Source of the DNA: Leucoraja ocellata
Taxonomy: Eukaryota
Direction of reading: 5' to 3'
Assembly: GCA_036785375.1 (NCBI GenBank)
Contig: JAWMAR010000508.1
Coordinates: 930,001 to 994,000, forward strand
DNA length: 64,000 nucleotides
Shown here: in pieces, positions 23,616 through 37,356 of the stretch
Layout of the letters: the number at the start of each line of letters is the position of its first letter
How positions within the stretch are numbered: position 1 is the first letter of the stretch
Position numbers and translations under genes: made by a program
Notes under the pieces: model-generated
Told to the model about the DNA's origin: nothing
Databases searched by the model: none
What the model saw: the letters and a program-made list of their open reading frames with translations, nothing else

Positions 23616-24694
23616 TATCCCTTTCCCATCCATGTACTTATCCAAGTGTTTTTTTAAATGTTATTGTACCTGCCTCAATGACTTCCTCTGGCAGCTCGTT
23701 CCATCCATCCTCTACTATTATAACTCCATTGAGCATAATGAAAAATATTTCTGTATTTTCTGCATATTCCATTCAATCATTCATAAATGCTTTGTTTAAA
23801 AAGCACCACACCTTCTGATTGTATTTCCTCCAACAAATATAATTGCTACTTGGCTGGTTGAGGTAAAAAAAATCTCCTCTAATAGGCTTTCAAAGGTTTA
23901 CTGCTTCTGACTGAGTGCTTTGAAAATGTATTGCAAGCTTTGCTCTGCCCCACCATTCAGTGGGCCATTTTAAGATGGAGGCAACTGATAACATGTTCTT
24001 TGCCCCTGTTGCACTCTCAAGGCCAATCGCCCGATGCCCCAAAGTAATTTAACTCAGCCACCAATTCCACTGTGGTAAAAAATAACTTCATGCCCAGAAG
24101 GAGTTCACATAATTTGTTTACAAGACACTTTCCGCTTGCCCCTTTGCACAATATGATTTTGTGGTGCTTCACGGGGAGGGTGAATACAGCAGGTTAAATT
24201 ATGTAATTCATCCTTAAAACTGTCCTTGATTAACTAACATCTGAAACTGTTCAGTAGGGTTCTGTTCTTCATTAAATGTGGACCAGTCAAGCTGTCAGTT
24301 TAATGTAGCTGGACTGCAGATGCAATAAACACTGAGAAGGGTCCCAACCCATAACGTTACCTTTCCACGTTCTCCAGAGATGCTGCCTGACCCGCTGAGG
24401 TATGCCAGCACTTTGTATCTTATTTTGTCTGTTTAATATTACTTGGGTTAAGTTCTAAGGGGGCGGCACAATGACAGAGTTGCTGCCTTACAGCGCCAGA
24501 GACCCAGGTTCAATCCTGACTACGGGTGCTGTCTGTACAGAGGTTGTACGCTCTCCATGTGACTGTAAAGGGGCTGTTCCACTGTGGCGACCCTAATCCG
24601 CGAGTTCAGGCGACTTTGCCCTCGACTCATACTCGCTGCATGGTCGACATGAGGTCCTAGGAGGTCTTTGTAGCTCTCCTTTGAGTATCCTTTG

Positions 24695-25320
24695 AGGATT
24701 TGAGTATAGGAGCAGGGAGGTTCTACTGCAGTTGTACAGGGTCTTGGTGAGACCACACCTGGAGTATTGCGTACAGTTTTGGTCTCCAAATCTGAGGAAG
24801 GACATTATTGCCATATAGGGAGTGCAGAGAAGGTTCACCAGACTGATTCCTGGGATGTCAGGACTGTCTTATGAAGAAAGGCTGGATAGACTTGGTTTAT
24901 ACTCTCTAGAATTTAGGAGATTGAGAGGGGATCTTATAGAAACTTACAAAATTCTTAAGGGTTGGACAGGCTAGATGCAGGAAGATTGCTCTCGATGTTG
25001 GGGAAGTCCAGGACAAGGGGTCACAGCTTAAGGATAAGGGGGAAATCCTTTAAAACCGAGATGAGAAGAACTTTTTTCACACAGAGAGTGGTGAGTCTCT
25101 GGAACTCTCTGCCGCAGAGGGTAGTTGAGGCCAGTTCATTGGCTATATTTAAGAGGGAGTTAGATGCGGCCCTTGTGGCTAAGGGGATCAGAGGGTATGG
25201 AGAGAAGGCAGGTACGGGATACTGAGTTGGATGATCAGCCATGATCATATGAATGGCGGTGCCAGGCTCGAAGGGCCGAATGGCCTACTCCTGCACCTAA
25301 TTTCTATGTTTCTATGTTTC
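24695..25320 (+). mobile_element. CR1 family A 3' fragment
   Basis: ORF 24962-25225; tail. Confidence 0.9.
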
Positions 25321-25350
25321 CTTCATGCTCGAGAGTAGTCCCCGCGTACT

Positions 25351-26046
25351 CAGATTCAGATTCAACTTTATTATCATTGTGCAGTGTACAGTACAGAGAC
25401 AACGAAATGCAGTTAGCATCTCCCTAGAAGAGAGACATAAATATGAACAATAAATAAATCTATTTACGTGCAAACAGTCATAGTATTTTTTTTTACCTGG
25501 TGGGAGGAGGTGTCCGGGGGGGGGGGGTGATTGGCAGTCACTGAGGTACATTGTTGAGTAATGTAACAGCCGCCGGGAAGAAGCTGTTCCTCGACCTGCT
25601 GGTCCGGCAACAGAGAGACCTGTAGCGCCTCCTGGATGGTAGGAGGGTAAACAGTCCATGGTTGGGGTGAGAGCAGTCCTTGGCGATGCTGAGCGCCCTC
25701 CGCAGACAACGCTTGCTTTGGACAGACTCAATGGAGGGGAGCGAGGAACCGGTGATGCGTTGGGCAATTTTCACCACCCTCTGCAATGCCTTCTGGTCGG
25801 AGACAGAGCAGTTGCCATACCATACTGTGATGCAGTTGGTAAGGATGCTCTTGATGGTGCAGCGGTAGAAGTTCACCAGGATCTGACGAGACAGGTGGAC
25901 CTTCTTCAGTCTCCTCAGGAAGAAGAGACGCTGATGAGCCTTCTTGATCAGAGTTGAGGTATTGTGGGGTCCAAGAGAGGTCATCGGAGATGTTGACCCC
26001 CAGGAACCTGAAGCTGGAAACACGTTCCACCTCCGTCCCGTTAATG
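25351..26046 (-). mobile_element. Rex-Babar (Rex1) LINE 3' fragment
   Basis: FRFLGVNISDDLSW, QRLFFLRRLKK, HGLFTLLPS.RRYRS, NSFFP; (TGAATC)n tail. Confidence 0.88.
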
Positions 26047-27321
26047 TGGTTGGGGGGTCGAGGCCTCAGCTTGGTCGTGGCGTATTTTACAACACGCTGA
26101 AAAATGCACGCGAGTTAAAAAAGGTCGCCATGGAAAAAAATCAATATTTTTGTTACTCGTAGGTTTAGTCGAAGTAGGTCGTAATATACGGCATGTTATT
26201 CGTAGGTAATCGAGGGTAGTCGAAGGAAATCGAAGGTAGTCGAAAGTAAAGCTCGCTCAGAAAAATAAGGTAAGTAAACCGACAGGTAATGTTAATGTGG
26301 TTGGGGGTCGAGGCCTCAGCTTGGGTAATGTTAAATGCCCACTGAACTTTATTAAAAGTTGTCTGATGTGTCTCCACTACTTCTCTCCCCTTCTCCCCCC
26401 TTCTCTCCCCCTCTCCCCATCTCCCACCCCCCTCTCCACGCTCTCTAAAGGACTTACCCGTACTGTGCCAGCTGTCTTTTACCTTCCTATTCATCGTGGG
26501 TGTGAATTTCATACAGCGCTCCCCCGCTTTCCCTGGCCCCCGCCTTGAGATGTGTGTGTGTGCGGCCTCGGTCGATCCAGCTCGCAGTTTCATCGCTGAC
26601 GGTCGATCCAGCTCGATGTTTTTCAGGCGAGTGCCCTCGAGTTTGAAGGTTGAAGACAGTCTTCTGAACTCGCGGATTAGATCGCCGCAGTGGGACACCC
26701 TTATGTTTTGTCCGGGTGCTCTATTTCCTCCCACTTTCCAAAGATGGACAGGTTTATAGGCTAATTGGCTTCTGTAAATTGTTCCTGGTGTGTGGGGTGC
26801 GAAGGTGAAATGACACAGAGCTAGTGTACAAATAATCATTGGTTGGCTCAGACCCAGTGAGCCGAAGGTTTGTTTCCATACTATATCACTAAACTGTTCT
26901 CAACTAAACTAAACTAAGTACAGAAAGTAGCAAGCAAAGTGAGATAATGACATTGCGAGGGAAGGATGTGTTACCCAAGTGCTGGCTCAGTAAGCTATCT
27001 TAGCTAATTAAATGTAATCACTTCAGTGAGAGAACAGATTCAATCAATGATTTGCACAAGAACCATGGGGTCATGCAGCAAATTATATATAACATCTTTC
27101 AAATTGCACATTAAACAAAAGGCCCATCTACCATGCCCAGAATGCAAAGGATTCCAAGGCACCAGGTTAATGCAGAGCGGGGCTGTACTCCTTCCCTGAC
27201 ATCTCGTCCACCGTCTCGTCCAACAACTAATGCAACCTTCCTATTCCTAAATCAGATGATCTATCCACCTTGACCTCTGCACATTAGCGGCAGGAAATCT
27301 GCAGACCATTGAGATAAACCA

Positions 27322-27511
27322 TTGAGGCCAGTTCATTGGCTATATTTAAGAGGGAGTTAGATGTGGCCCTTGTGGCTAAAGGGATCAGAGGGGTATGGAG
27401 AGAAGGCAGGTACGGGATACTGAGTTGGATGATCAGCCATGATCATATTGAACGGCTCGAAGTGCCGAATGGCCTACTCCTGCACCTAATTTCTATGTTT
27501 CTATGTTTCTA
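27322..27511 (+). mobile_element. CR1 family A tail
   Basis: Matches other copies; octamer tail. Confidence 0.85.
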
Positions 27512-27606
27512 AATGGTAGATGGGAGTGGAAGAGAAGGTGGAGTTGGTCAAGGGAGTGAAGTCCGGGGTTCCTTTGTGGAGGAAAAGGGCACCGTTGTTC
27601 TGAGAA

Positions 27607-27895
27607 CATATAACCATATAACAATTACAGCACGGAAACAGGCCATCTCGGCCCTACAAGTCCGTGCCGAACAACTTTTTTTTTCCCTTAGTCCCACCTG
27701 CCTGCACTCATACCATAACCCTCCATTCCCTTCTCATCCATATGCCTATCCAATTTATTTTTAAATGATACCAATGAACCTGCCTCCACCACTTCCACTG
27801 GAAGCTCATTCCACACCGCTACCACTCTCTGAGTAAAGAAGTTCCCCCTCATATTACCCCTAAACTTCTGTCCCTTAATTCTGAAGTCATGTCCT
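27607..27895 (-). mobile_element. CR1 family B 3' end
   Basis: C-terminal part of ORF 27688-27984; tail. Confidence 0.88.
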
Positions 27896-27994
27896 GTAAA
27901 TTGCATCATATATTTAACCATCACTTGCCCTCCTTTACAAAAGGCTCCAAGATGTTTTGCAATGAGGATCTGACCTGGTAACATACAGTTAAAA

Positions 27995-28370
27995 ACACAA
28001 AGTTCGGGTCAGGCAGCATATCAGGAGAACATGGTAGGTGAGATTTCGGTTGGGATCCTTCTTCAGACAGAAAAGTAAACTTCTTCAAAGTACGCATACT
28101 TTGAGGATTGTTTGCAGTGGGTCAGTAAAATATACACAGAAGGAATTGCAGATGTTGGTTTACAAAAAAGACACAAAATGCTGGAAAAACTCAGCGGGTC
28201 AGGCAGCAGCTTGGATTGGATTGGTGAAGCTTCGGGTCGGGATCTTTCACCAGAGCCTTTCAGGACTAACCATGAGGAGTCTGAAGAAAGGGCCCAACAC
28301 AAAATATTTCTGTTATCCAGAAATGCCACCTGACTGCTGAGTTATTCCAGCACTTTGTGTTTTTTTGCTT
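27995..28370. mobile_element. Cluster of Penelope-like short repeats in both orientations
   Basis: gggtcaggcagcat / gctgagttattccagcactttgtg and ctgaaga...gaaa-like motifs. Confidence 0.55.
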
Positions 28371-28447
28371 AAGGATCTATGTCCTTATGTATGGTGTGGT
28401 TTTATGGATAGCATGCAGAATAAGCATTTCACCACATCTTTGTACAG

Positions 28448-28912
28448 GTGATTCCTGGGATGTCAGGACTGTCTTATGAAGAAAGACTGGATAGACTTGG
28501 TTTATACTCTCTAGAATTTAGGAGATTGAGAGGGGATCTTATAGAAACTTACAAAATTCTTAAGGGTTGGACAGGCTAGATGAAGGAAGATTGTTCCCGA
28601 TGTTGGGGAAGTCCAGGACAAGGGGTCACAGCTTAAGGATAAGGGGGAAATCCTTTAAACCGAGATGAGAAGAACTTTTTTCACACAGAGAGTGGTGAAT
28701 CTCTGGAACTCTCTGCCACAGAGGGTAGTTGAGGCCAGTTCATTGGCTATATTTAAGAGGGAGTTAGATGTGGCCCTTGTGGCTAAGGGGATATGGAGAG
28801 AAGGCAGGTACGGGATACTGAGTTGGATGATCAGCCATGATCATATTGAATGGCGGTGCAGGCTCGAAGGGCTGAATGGTCTACTCCTGCACCTAATTTC
28901 TATGTTTCTATG
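28448..28912 (+). mobile_element. CR1 family A 3' fragment
   Basis: Same sequence as other copies; tail. Confidence 0.9.
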
Positions 28913-29444
28913 TGACAACAAAAGAAACCATTAAACCATTGAATCAAAGATCCTATAGGATCTTTGCATTGAATGACCCACACTGGAACAAGAGCTATTG
29001 GTGTCCAAAGTCTTGATTCATTTCATGCTGATATTTAGGAGGAGACCTACTGGAAGAATCCTCTAAGTGAAACAATTAATAGAAACACAAAAACAAATCT
29101 TGAAAGTAACTCCCTGAACCCAAAGTACAGAAGATTTTATGCTCTTTAAGCACAAAGATAATAACAGGAGATTGAATACAGATTTAATGGTTGCAATTTA
29201 CTGAAGTTTACTTCAACATTTTTTGGAAGTCGACATTGTAAACCTGTGCAGACTGTAAAAATTACATATTTTTAGTGGGAGTTCACCTCAACTGGCAAGA
29301 ACAAGGCTGAATATCCAGGTACGCAAAGCGGCCTTCTTTTGTCAAGCCACAAAGTTCTGGAGGAACTGAACGGGTCAGGCAGCATCTGTGGAGAGAATGG
29401 TCAGGTGATGTTCCATGTTGGGACCTTTCCCCCGACTGACCTTG

Positions 29445-29713
29445 GTTTAGTTTAGTTTAGAGATACTGTGTGGAAGCAGGCTCTTCAGCCCACCGAGTCA
29501 GTGCCGACCAAAAATAATTCTATCCTACAGACTAAGAACAATTTACAGAAGCCAATTAACCTACAAACCTGTACGTCTTTGGAGTGTGGAAGGAAACCAG
29601 ACTACCCATAGAAAACCCACATGGTCACAGGAAAACTTACAATCTCCATGCTGACAGCACCTACAGTCAGGATCTAAACTGGCAGCAACTCTACCGCTGT
29701 GCCACCGTGCCAC
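29445..29713 (-). mobile_element. HE1/V-SINE
   Basis: Reverse complement of SINE head and V-domain; (TTTAG)n tail. Confidence 0.75.
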
Positions 29714-29817
29714 CTCTTGCAAGTTCCTAATGACTTTCAGCTCATCATGTGGAGAATTTGGTGTTGTGCTTGGACCAGAGAAGGTTGAGAGGAGGTTTGA
29801 TAGAAAAATTCAAGATC

Positions 29818-30017
29818 NNNNNNNNNNNNNNNNNNNNNNNNNNNNNNNNNNNNNNNNNNNNNNNNNNNNNNNNNNNNNNNNNNNNNNNNNNNNNNNNNNN
29901 NNNNNNNNNNNNNNNNNNNNNNNNNNNNNNNNNNNNNNNNNNNNNNNNNNNNNNNNNNNNNNNNNNNNNNNNNNNNNNNNNNNNNNNNNNNNNNNNNNNN
30001 NNNNNNNNNNNNNNNNN
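29818..30017. other. Assembly gap (N run) within a CR1 fragment
   Basis: Directly visible. Confidence 0.98.
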
Positions 30018-30844
30018 TCACAGTTTAAGGATAAAGGACAAATCTTTAAGGATATGGGATGATGTTCCTCCAATTTGCATTTAGCCCCACTCTGACAGTA
30101 GAGGAGACCTAGGACAGAAAGGTCAGTGTGAGAATGGGACGGGTAATTAAAGTGTTTGGCAACCGGGAGATCAGGTAGGTCCAGGCAGACTGAGCAAAGG
30201 TGTTCAGCGAAATGATCATAGCAGCCCCAGCACCGACCCCTGCGGAACTCCGCTAGTCACTGGCAGCCAACCAGTAAATGCCTCCTTGCCCGTAAACACT
30301 TCCGAGTTGCTGCTGGTGGTACCTTGGAGAAGGAGAGGAGGAAGAACGATCGCTCGATCATTGTCCGATCCCAGATATCCCGTCAGTTACCCGATCTGGA
30401 AGAGAAAGTAATTGCAGTCAAACTCCAGCGACCAATATACATAAAACGAAACCGATGTAATGCTGAGGTTCTACAAGGCAGTGGTCAGGCCACATTTGGA
30501 ATATTGTGAGCAATTTTGAGCCCATATCAGATGAAGCATGTGCAGGCTCTGGATGGGATCAGAGGAGGTTTACAGCAATGAGTGTGTTTACATACGATGA
30601 GCGTTTGACGGCACTGGGCTTTTACTCGCTGGAGTTTAGAAGAATGAGGGGGGGACCTCAATGAAACTTACCGAACAGTGAAAGGTTTGGAGAGTGTGGA
30701 TGCGGAGAGGATATTTCCACTAGTGGGAGAGTTCACAGTCTCAGAATTAAAGGACGTTCTTTTAGGAAGGAAATTATGTGGAATTTCTTTAGTCAGAGGG
30801 TGGTGAATCTGTGGAATTCTTTGACGCAGACGGCGGTGGAGGCC

Positions 30845-31716
30845 AATTCAAACTTTCAAGGTCAGTTTATGGTCTCATGTGCCATTACGGTACTGTGAAG
30901 TTCGAATAACCAAAAAAAAGCAACAAGGGACACAACTGCATAAAAGTCACCATAAACATCCACCACAGCGGACTCCCCACGATCCTCTCCGGGACCGAAG
31001 GCAATAAAGTCCAAACTTCTTCTTCCTCTTTTATTCTCCCATGGTTGGGGCAATCGAACTATCCGCAGTCGGGAGGATTGAAGCTCCCGCAGCCAGCGGT
31101 GGAAGATCCCGCGTTGGGGTGATCGAAGACTCTGCGTCGGGGCAGTGGAAGACCCCGTGTCGGGGCGGTGGAAGACCCCGTGTCGGGGCGGTGGAAGACC
31201 CCGCGTTGGGGCGATCGAAGACGCCGCGTCGGGGCGATCGAAGACCCCGCGTCGGGGCGATCGAAGACCCCGCGTCGGGGCGATCGAAGACCCCGCATCG
31301 GGGCGATCGAAGCTCCTGCGGTTTGGAGTTCCCGAAGTCGGTCTCTAACCAGCGACCACAAGCTCCACAACGTTAAAGTCCACAGGCACCCATGGGTGGA
31401 GCCCCAAACTTGACCCCGACAGGGATCGTAAGCTCCGTGATGGTAAGTCCTGCAGACACCCGGGGTACAGCTCTCCAAGTCGGTCTCATGCAAATGCCAC
31501 CAACTCCTCGATGTTAGACCGCAGTGCGGACGGAAATACGATACGGAAGAAAATCGCATCTCCGTTGAGGTAAGTGATTATAAAAAGTTTCCACAAACTC
31601 CCGCCCACTCCCTACATAAAACAAGCTAAAGAACACTAAAAACATACATTTAACACACACAAACAGACAACAAAACAGGAAGGGACAGACAGACTGTTGG
31701 CGAGGCAGCATTGCTA
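30845..31716 (-). mobile_element. GC-rich non-autonomous retroposon with internal 23-bp tandem repeat
   Basis: Inserted in CR1; shares a 3' motif with the elements at 37357 and 46690. Confidence 0.65.
31095..31312. repeat. 23-bp tandem repeat (9 units; 8 in copy 2 at ~56160-56355)
   Basis: Unit approximately cgatcgaagaccccgcgtcgggg. Confidence 0.9.
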
Positions 31717-31987
31717 AGTGGTGGTTAAGGCAGTGGATATTTTTAAGGCTGAGATAGAAAGATTATGAATTAGTGCGGATGTCAGGGGTTATGGGGAGAA
31801 GGCAAGAGAATGGGGTTAAGAGGGAGTGATAAATCAGCCATGATTGATGGGGGAGTAGACTTTGATGGGCCAAATGGCCTAATTCTACTATCACTTATGA
31901 CCTCCTGAGCAATCTAGTTGCCTTCTTTTGGTTTTTAAAAGCTTCCCAATCGTTAGAACTCCTGCTAATCTTTGTCAAGTTACATGA

Positions 31988-32362
31988 TGGCGCATGGTGG
32001 TGCAGCGGTAGAGACCCGACTTTGATCCTGACTACAGGTGCTGTCTGTACGGAGTTTGCACGTTCTCTCTTCTGTGATCTGCGTGGATTTTCTCCGGGGT
32101 ATCTGGTTTCCTTCCACGCTCCAAAGATGTATGGGTTTGTAGGGTTAATTAGACTTCGGTAAAAGAAAAAATATTTGTCCGAAGTGTGTGTGTAGGATAG
32201 CGTTGGTCACTGGTCAGCATGGGCCGAAGGGCCTGTTTCTGCACAGTATCACTAAACTAAACACAGAACTTGTTTGTGAACGGGCGATCGATTGTCGGTG
32301 TGGACTCGATGGGCTGAAGGGCCTGTTTCCGCGCTGTGTCTCTAAACTAGAAAACTAAACTC
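31988..32362 (+). mobile_element. HE1/V-SINE with duplicated tail
   Basis: V-domain and two CR1-like tails. Confidence 0.75.
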
Positions 32363-32697
32363 AACTGACATGAACGGCTACTGTTCTGCCATGTGGCTAC
32401 CTCCCACAAGGTGCCTGGTTCATGAATTAGGGAAGGTATCTGAGGAACAGCTTAGGGTTGGTTCTAAGCTGATCATTGCTAAAGTTGAAGTAAGAGGCTA
32501 TTTTATACAGAGGTTGATGAGGGGTTGTGTGGATATGTGGAACAAGATGCCGGAGGAAGTAGTTGAGGCAAGTACAATAACAACAAAATAACTGTGGACT
32601 TCAGGAAGAAACAGACAACACACACCCCACTCACCATCAATGGCAGTGCAGTGGAGTCTGTGAAAAGCACCAAGTTCTGGAAGGGCACATCACAGAT

Positions 32698-32715
32698 AAT
32701 AATAATAATAATAAC

Positions 32716-32789
<74 letters not shown>

Positions 32790-32925
32790 GTTTATTTCTA
32801 TAGCACATTTATAGTCAATTTTCATTGACCCCAAAGTGCTTTACATAATTAAAAATCAGTTCCATGCAAAGCATAAAGATGGGTTAACAAAATAATAAAA
32901 TGCATAAACAGGACACAACATGTAC
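32698..32925 (-). mobile_element. L2-type 3' end with (AAT)n tail (32698-32789)
   Basis: Microsatellite followed by aaagtgctttaca, typical of L2 3' UTRs in this window. Confidence 0.6.
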
Positions 32926-33391
32926 ATGACACTAAGCTGGGGGGGCAGTGTTAGCTGTGAGGAGGATGCTAGGAGACTGCAGGGTGACTTGGATAGGCTG
33001 GGTGAGTGGGCAAATGTTTGGCAGATGCAGTATAATGTGGATAAAGGTGAGGTTATCCATTTTGGTGGCAAAAACAGGAAAGCAGACTATTATCTAAATG
33101 TTGGCCGATTGGAAAGGGGGAGATGCAGCGAGACCTGGGTGTCATGGTACACCAGTCATTGAAGGTAGGCATGCAGGTGCAGCAGGCAGTAAAGAAAGCG
33201 AATGGTATGTTAGCTTTCATTGCAAAAGGATTTGAGTATAGGAGCAGAGAGTTTCTACTGCAGTTGTACAGGGTCTTGGTGAGACCACACCTGGAGTATT
33301 GCATACAGTTTTGGTCTCCAAATCTGAGGAAGGACATTATTGCCATAGAGGGAGTGCAGAGACGGTTCACCAGACTGATTCCTGGGATGTC
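32926..33391 (+). mobile_element. CR1 family A internal fragment
   Basis: ORFs 32920-33162 and 33123-33440. Confidence 0.88.
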
Positions 33392-36300
33392 TTTGCCTAG
33401 GGGCAAACAACAATATTTAATTAAGCCTGCAATGACCTGATAGTCAAATTCTAGCCATCTATCAGGCAAACAGCGAGTGTAATTTGCAAATAGTAGCTGC
33501 ATTCCCAGCAGTATGGGCCTTTGCATTACCAGAACTTACAGCAAGCAAAGGAACGAACACTCAGATTACATGCAGAGAGTGGTGAATCTCTGAAATTCTC
33601 TGCCACAGAAGGTAGTTGAGGCCAGTTCATTGGCTGTACTTAAGAGGGAGTTAGATGTGGCCCTTGTGGCTAAAGGGATCAGGGGATATGGAGAGAAGGC
33701 AGGTACAGGATACTGAGTTGGATGATCAGCCCTGATCATAATGAATGGCGATTAGTGCAGGCTCGAAGGGCCGAATGGCCTCTACTCCTGCACCTATTGT
33801 CTATGTTTCTATGTCCTGTTTCTGTATTGTACCTCAACATAGAAACATAGAAATTAGGTGCAGGAGTAGAGGCCATTCGGACCTTCGAGATAAATTCAAG
33901 AGAGTATAAACCAAGTCTATTCAGTCTTTCTTCATAAGACAGTCCTGACATCCCAAGAATCAGTCTGGTGAACCTTCTCTGCACTCGCTCTATGGCACTA
34001 ATGTCCTTCCTCAGATTTGGAGACCAAAACTGTACGCAATACTCCAGGTGTGGTCTCACCAAGACCCTGTACAACTGCAGTAGAACCTCCCTGCTCCTGT
34101 GCTCAACTGCTCTTGTTATGAAGACCAACAGGCCAAAACTGTACGCAATACTCCAGGTGTGGTCTCACCAAGACCCTGTACAACTGCAGTAGAACATCCC
34201 TGCTCCTGTACTCAACTCCTCTTGTTATGAAGGCCAACAGGCCAAAACTGTACGCAATACTCCAGGTGTGGTCTCACCAAGACCCTGTACAACTGCAATA
34301 GAACCTCCGTGCTCCTATACTCAAATCATTTTGCAATGAAAGCTAACATACCATTCGCTTTCTTCACTGCCTGCTGCACCTGCATGCCTACCTTCAATGA
34401 CTGGTGTACCATGACACCCAGGTCTCGCTGCATCTCCCCCTTTCCCAAGAACTAAACACAGAAATAGTGTGTGAATGGGTGATTATTGGTCAGCGGACTC
34501 GATGGGCTGAAGGTCCTGTTTCTGTATTGTATCTCAAGAGCTAAACGTAAAACTAGTATGTGAATGGGTGATCGGTGGCCGGCATGGACTCGGTGGGCCG
34601 AGGGGGCCTGTTTCAACGCTGCATCTCTGAACTAAACTAAACTAAACTAAGCTCTCAGCAATTTATTGTGGTCTTGAGCAGAGCTGGTCCCAAACCAGGA
34701 TGTGATGCAACATAACAGAGTTCTTTCACAATTCATGTGGAGAGGTTGGTGTGAGTCAATGGGGGAAGTTCCGAACTTCCTTCATCTTTTGAGGAAGATG
34801 AGACATTCGTCTGCCTTATTGACCACAGCTTCAATGTAGTTGATGCAGTGTATGTTGTTTGGTGATATTTACAGTCATGTGATAGTAGCAGAATTAGGAT
34901 ATTTGACCCATCAAGTCTACTCCGCCATTCAATCATGGCTGATCTATCTCTCCCTCCTAACCCCATTCTCCTGCCTTTTCTCCATAACCCCTGACACCCG
35001 CACAAATAACCATATAACAATTACAGCACGGAAACAGGCCATCTAGACCCTTCTAGTCCGTGCCGAACACATAATCTCCCCTAGTCCCATATACCTGCGC
35101 TCAGACCATAACCCTCCATTCCCTTCAGATTCAGATTCAGATTCAGATTCAGATTCAATTTTAATTGTCATTGTCAGTGTACAGTACAGAGACAACGAAA
35201 CGCATTTAGCATCTCCCTGGAAGAGCGACATAGCAAACGATTTGAATAAATAGTAATAAGTGTCCGGGGGGGGGGGGGGGGGGGGGGGTGAATGGCAGTC
35301 ACCGAGGTACGTTGTTGAGTAGAGTGACAGCCGCCGGAAAGAAGCTGTTCCCATCCATATAACTATCCAATTTATTTTAAATGATAGAAACGAACCTGCC
35401 TCCACCACCTTCACTGGAAGCTCATTCCACACAGCTACCACTCTCTGAGTAAAGAAGTTCGCCCTCATGTTACCCCTAAACTTCAGTCCCTTAATTCTCA
35501 AGTCATGTCCCTTGTTTGAATCTTCCCTACTCTCAGTGGGAAAAGTTTATCTATAATCTATAGATCATTTTGTTGTCTCTGTACTGTACACTGACAATGA
35601 CAATTAAAATTGAATATGAATCTGAAGATCACCTCTCAATCTCCTAAATTCTGGTTTATAATCTCTAGAATTTAGGAAGTAGGCATGCAGGTGCAGCAGG
35701 CAGTGAAGAAAGCGGATGGTATGTTTGCTTTCATAGCAAAAGGATTTGAGTATAGGAGCAGGGAGGTTCTACTGCAGTTGTACAGGGTCTTGGTGAGACC
35801 ACACCTGGAGTATTGCGTACAGTTTTGGTCTCCAAATCTGAGAAGGGACATTATTGCCATAGAGGGAGTGCAGAGAAGGTTCACCAGACTGATTCCTGGG
35901 ATGTCAGGACTGTCTTATGAAGAAAAAGTGGATAGACTTGGTTTACACTCTCTAGAATTTAGGTGATTGAGAGGGGATCTTATAGAAACTTACAAAATTC
36001 TTAAGGGGTTGGACAGGCTAGATGCAGGAAGATTGTTCCCGATGTTGGGGAAGACCAGGACAAGGGGGTCACAGCTTAAGGATAAGGGGGAAATCCTTTA
36101 AAACCGAGATGAGAAGAACTTTTTTCACACAGAGAGTGGTGAATCTCTGGAACTCTCTGCCACAGAGGGTAGTCGAGGCCACAGTTCATTGGCTATATTT
36201 AAGAGGGAGTTAGATGTGGCCCTTGTGGCTAAGGGATCAGAGGGTATGGAGAGAAGGCAGGTACGGATACTGAGTTGGATGATCAGCCGTGATCATATTG

Positions 36301-37356
36301 AATGGCGAATGGTGCAGGCTCGAAGGGCCGAATGGCCTACTCCTGCACCTAATTTCTATGTTTCTATGTTTCTAATCAACAATCTATCTATCTCAGCCTT
36401 AAAAATATCCACTGACTTGCTCTCCACAGCCTGCTATGGCAAAGAATTTCACAGATTCATCACCCACTGACTAAAGAGAGAACTAGTGTGTGAACGGGTG
36501 ATCGATAGTCAGCGTGGACTCGATGGGCAGAAGGCCTGTATTCGCTCTGTATCTCTAAACTGAACTGAACTAAATTATATGTTACTAAAGTAAACTTTAT
36601 TGTCAATTCAATTATGCAACAGTAGTTACACAGAGGATTGAAATTACGTTTCCCCATACTCCAAATGTGCAAGTAATATTAAAAACACAGACAGACAACA
36701 TATCAATAAAAATAGACAATAGACATTACATTATTTAAAATATTAAAATATTCACAGTATGCCAAAAAATGTCGCAAAACCTTTGAGGTATTTTAAACAG
36801 GGTGCAACAATGAAAGGTGCAATATAAAAAAGTGCACATTTCGTACTGGAGACATTGAGCCAAAGTATTTTCACAGTTTGTTGTCTTTGTTTGGGTACTG
36901 TTCATAGAATTTTCTTAAGTGTGTTGAGTAGTCTGATGGCCTGAGGTAAAAAGCTGTTTTTGAATCTGGTGGTTTTGCTCTGCATGCTGCGGTAGCGCTT
37001 ACCGGAAGGTAGGAGGGTGAACAGTTTGTGTGCTGGGTGGGTGGTGCCTTTGATGATATTGCTTGCTCTCTTGCGACAGCGAGATGGGTATAGGTCCTGG
37101 ATTGCTGGTTGGGGTGATCTGGTGATCTTCTCCGCTGTCCTCACCACTCACTGTAGTGCCTTCTGGTCAGCAGCAGAGCAACTGCCATACCAGACTGAGA
37201 GACTGCTGGTAAGAATGCTCTCAATGGCACCCCTGTAAAAAGTCGTGAGGGCAGAAGGGGGGAGGTCGGCTCTCCTTATCCGTCGAAGGAAGTGGAGGCG
37301 TTGCTGTGCCTTCTTGACTAGGGAGATGGTGTTGGTGGACTATGTCTGATCATCTG
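33392..37356 (-). repeat. Inverted block homologous to ~57730-61810
   Basis: Same series of Rex, SINE tail, CR1-A, CR1-B' and DIRS junctions in reverse complement. Confidence 0.88.
36590..37356 (-). mobile_element. Rex-Babar LINE 3' part (5' part at 32593-32697, + strand)
   Basis: HPAHKLFTLLPSGKRYRS; colinear copy at 57630-58500. Confidence 0.85.

Larger units (their letters stand above)
24568..26702. mobile_element. Harbinger-like MITE containing nested CR1 and Rex copies
   Basis: Ends aaggggctgttccactgtggcga / tcgccgcagtgggacaccctt. Confidence 0.65.
24459..26915 (+). mobile_element. HE1/V-SINE split by nested insertions (24459-24565 and 26703-26915)
   Basis: The halves are colinear with intact SINE copies. 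Confidence 0.75.
30455..31900 (+). mobile_element. Older CR1 fragment interrupted by a GC-rich element
   Basis: Decayed VRPHLEYC / RMRGDL / QRVVNLWNSL-like sequence on both sides of 30845-31716. Confidence 0.75.

Noticed and set aside
23700-24330. Unique non-repetitive stretch as exon or enhancer (also 8880-9240, 26920-27320, 28915-29340)
   Set aside because: No ORF, convincing splice pair or motif cluster that I can support from sequence alone
31095-31312. Palindromic 23-bp repeats resembling a CRISPR array
   Set aside because: No unique spacers, no cas genes, vertebrate context; it is a tandem repeat inside a retroposon
32503-32834. Poly-Ile/poly-Leu transmembrane-like ORFs
   Set aside because: Translation of the (AAT)n microsatellite
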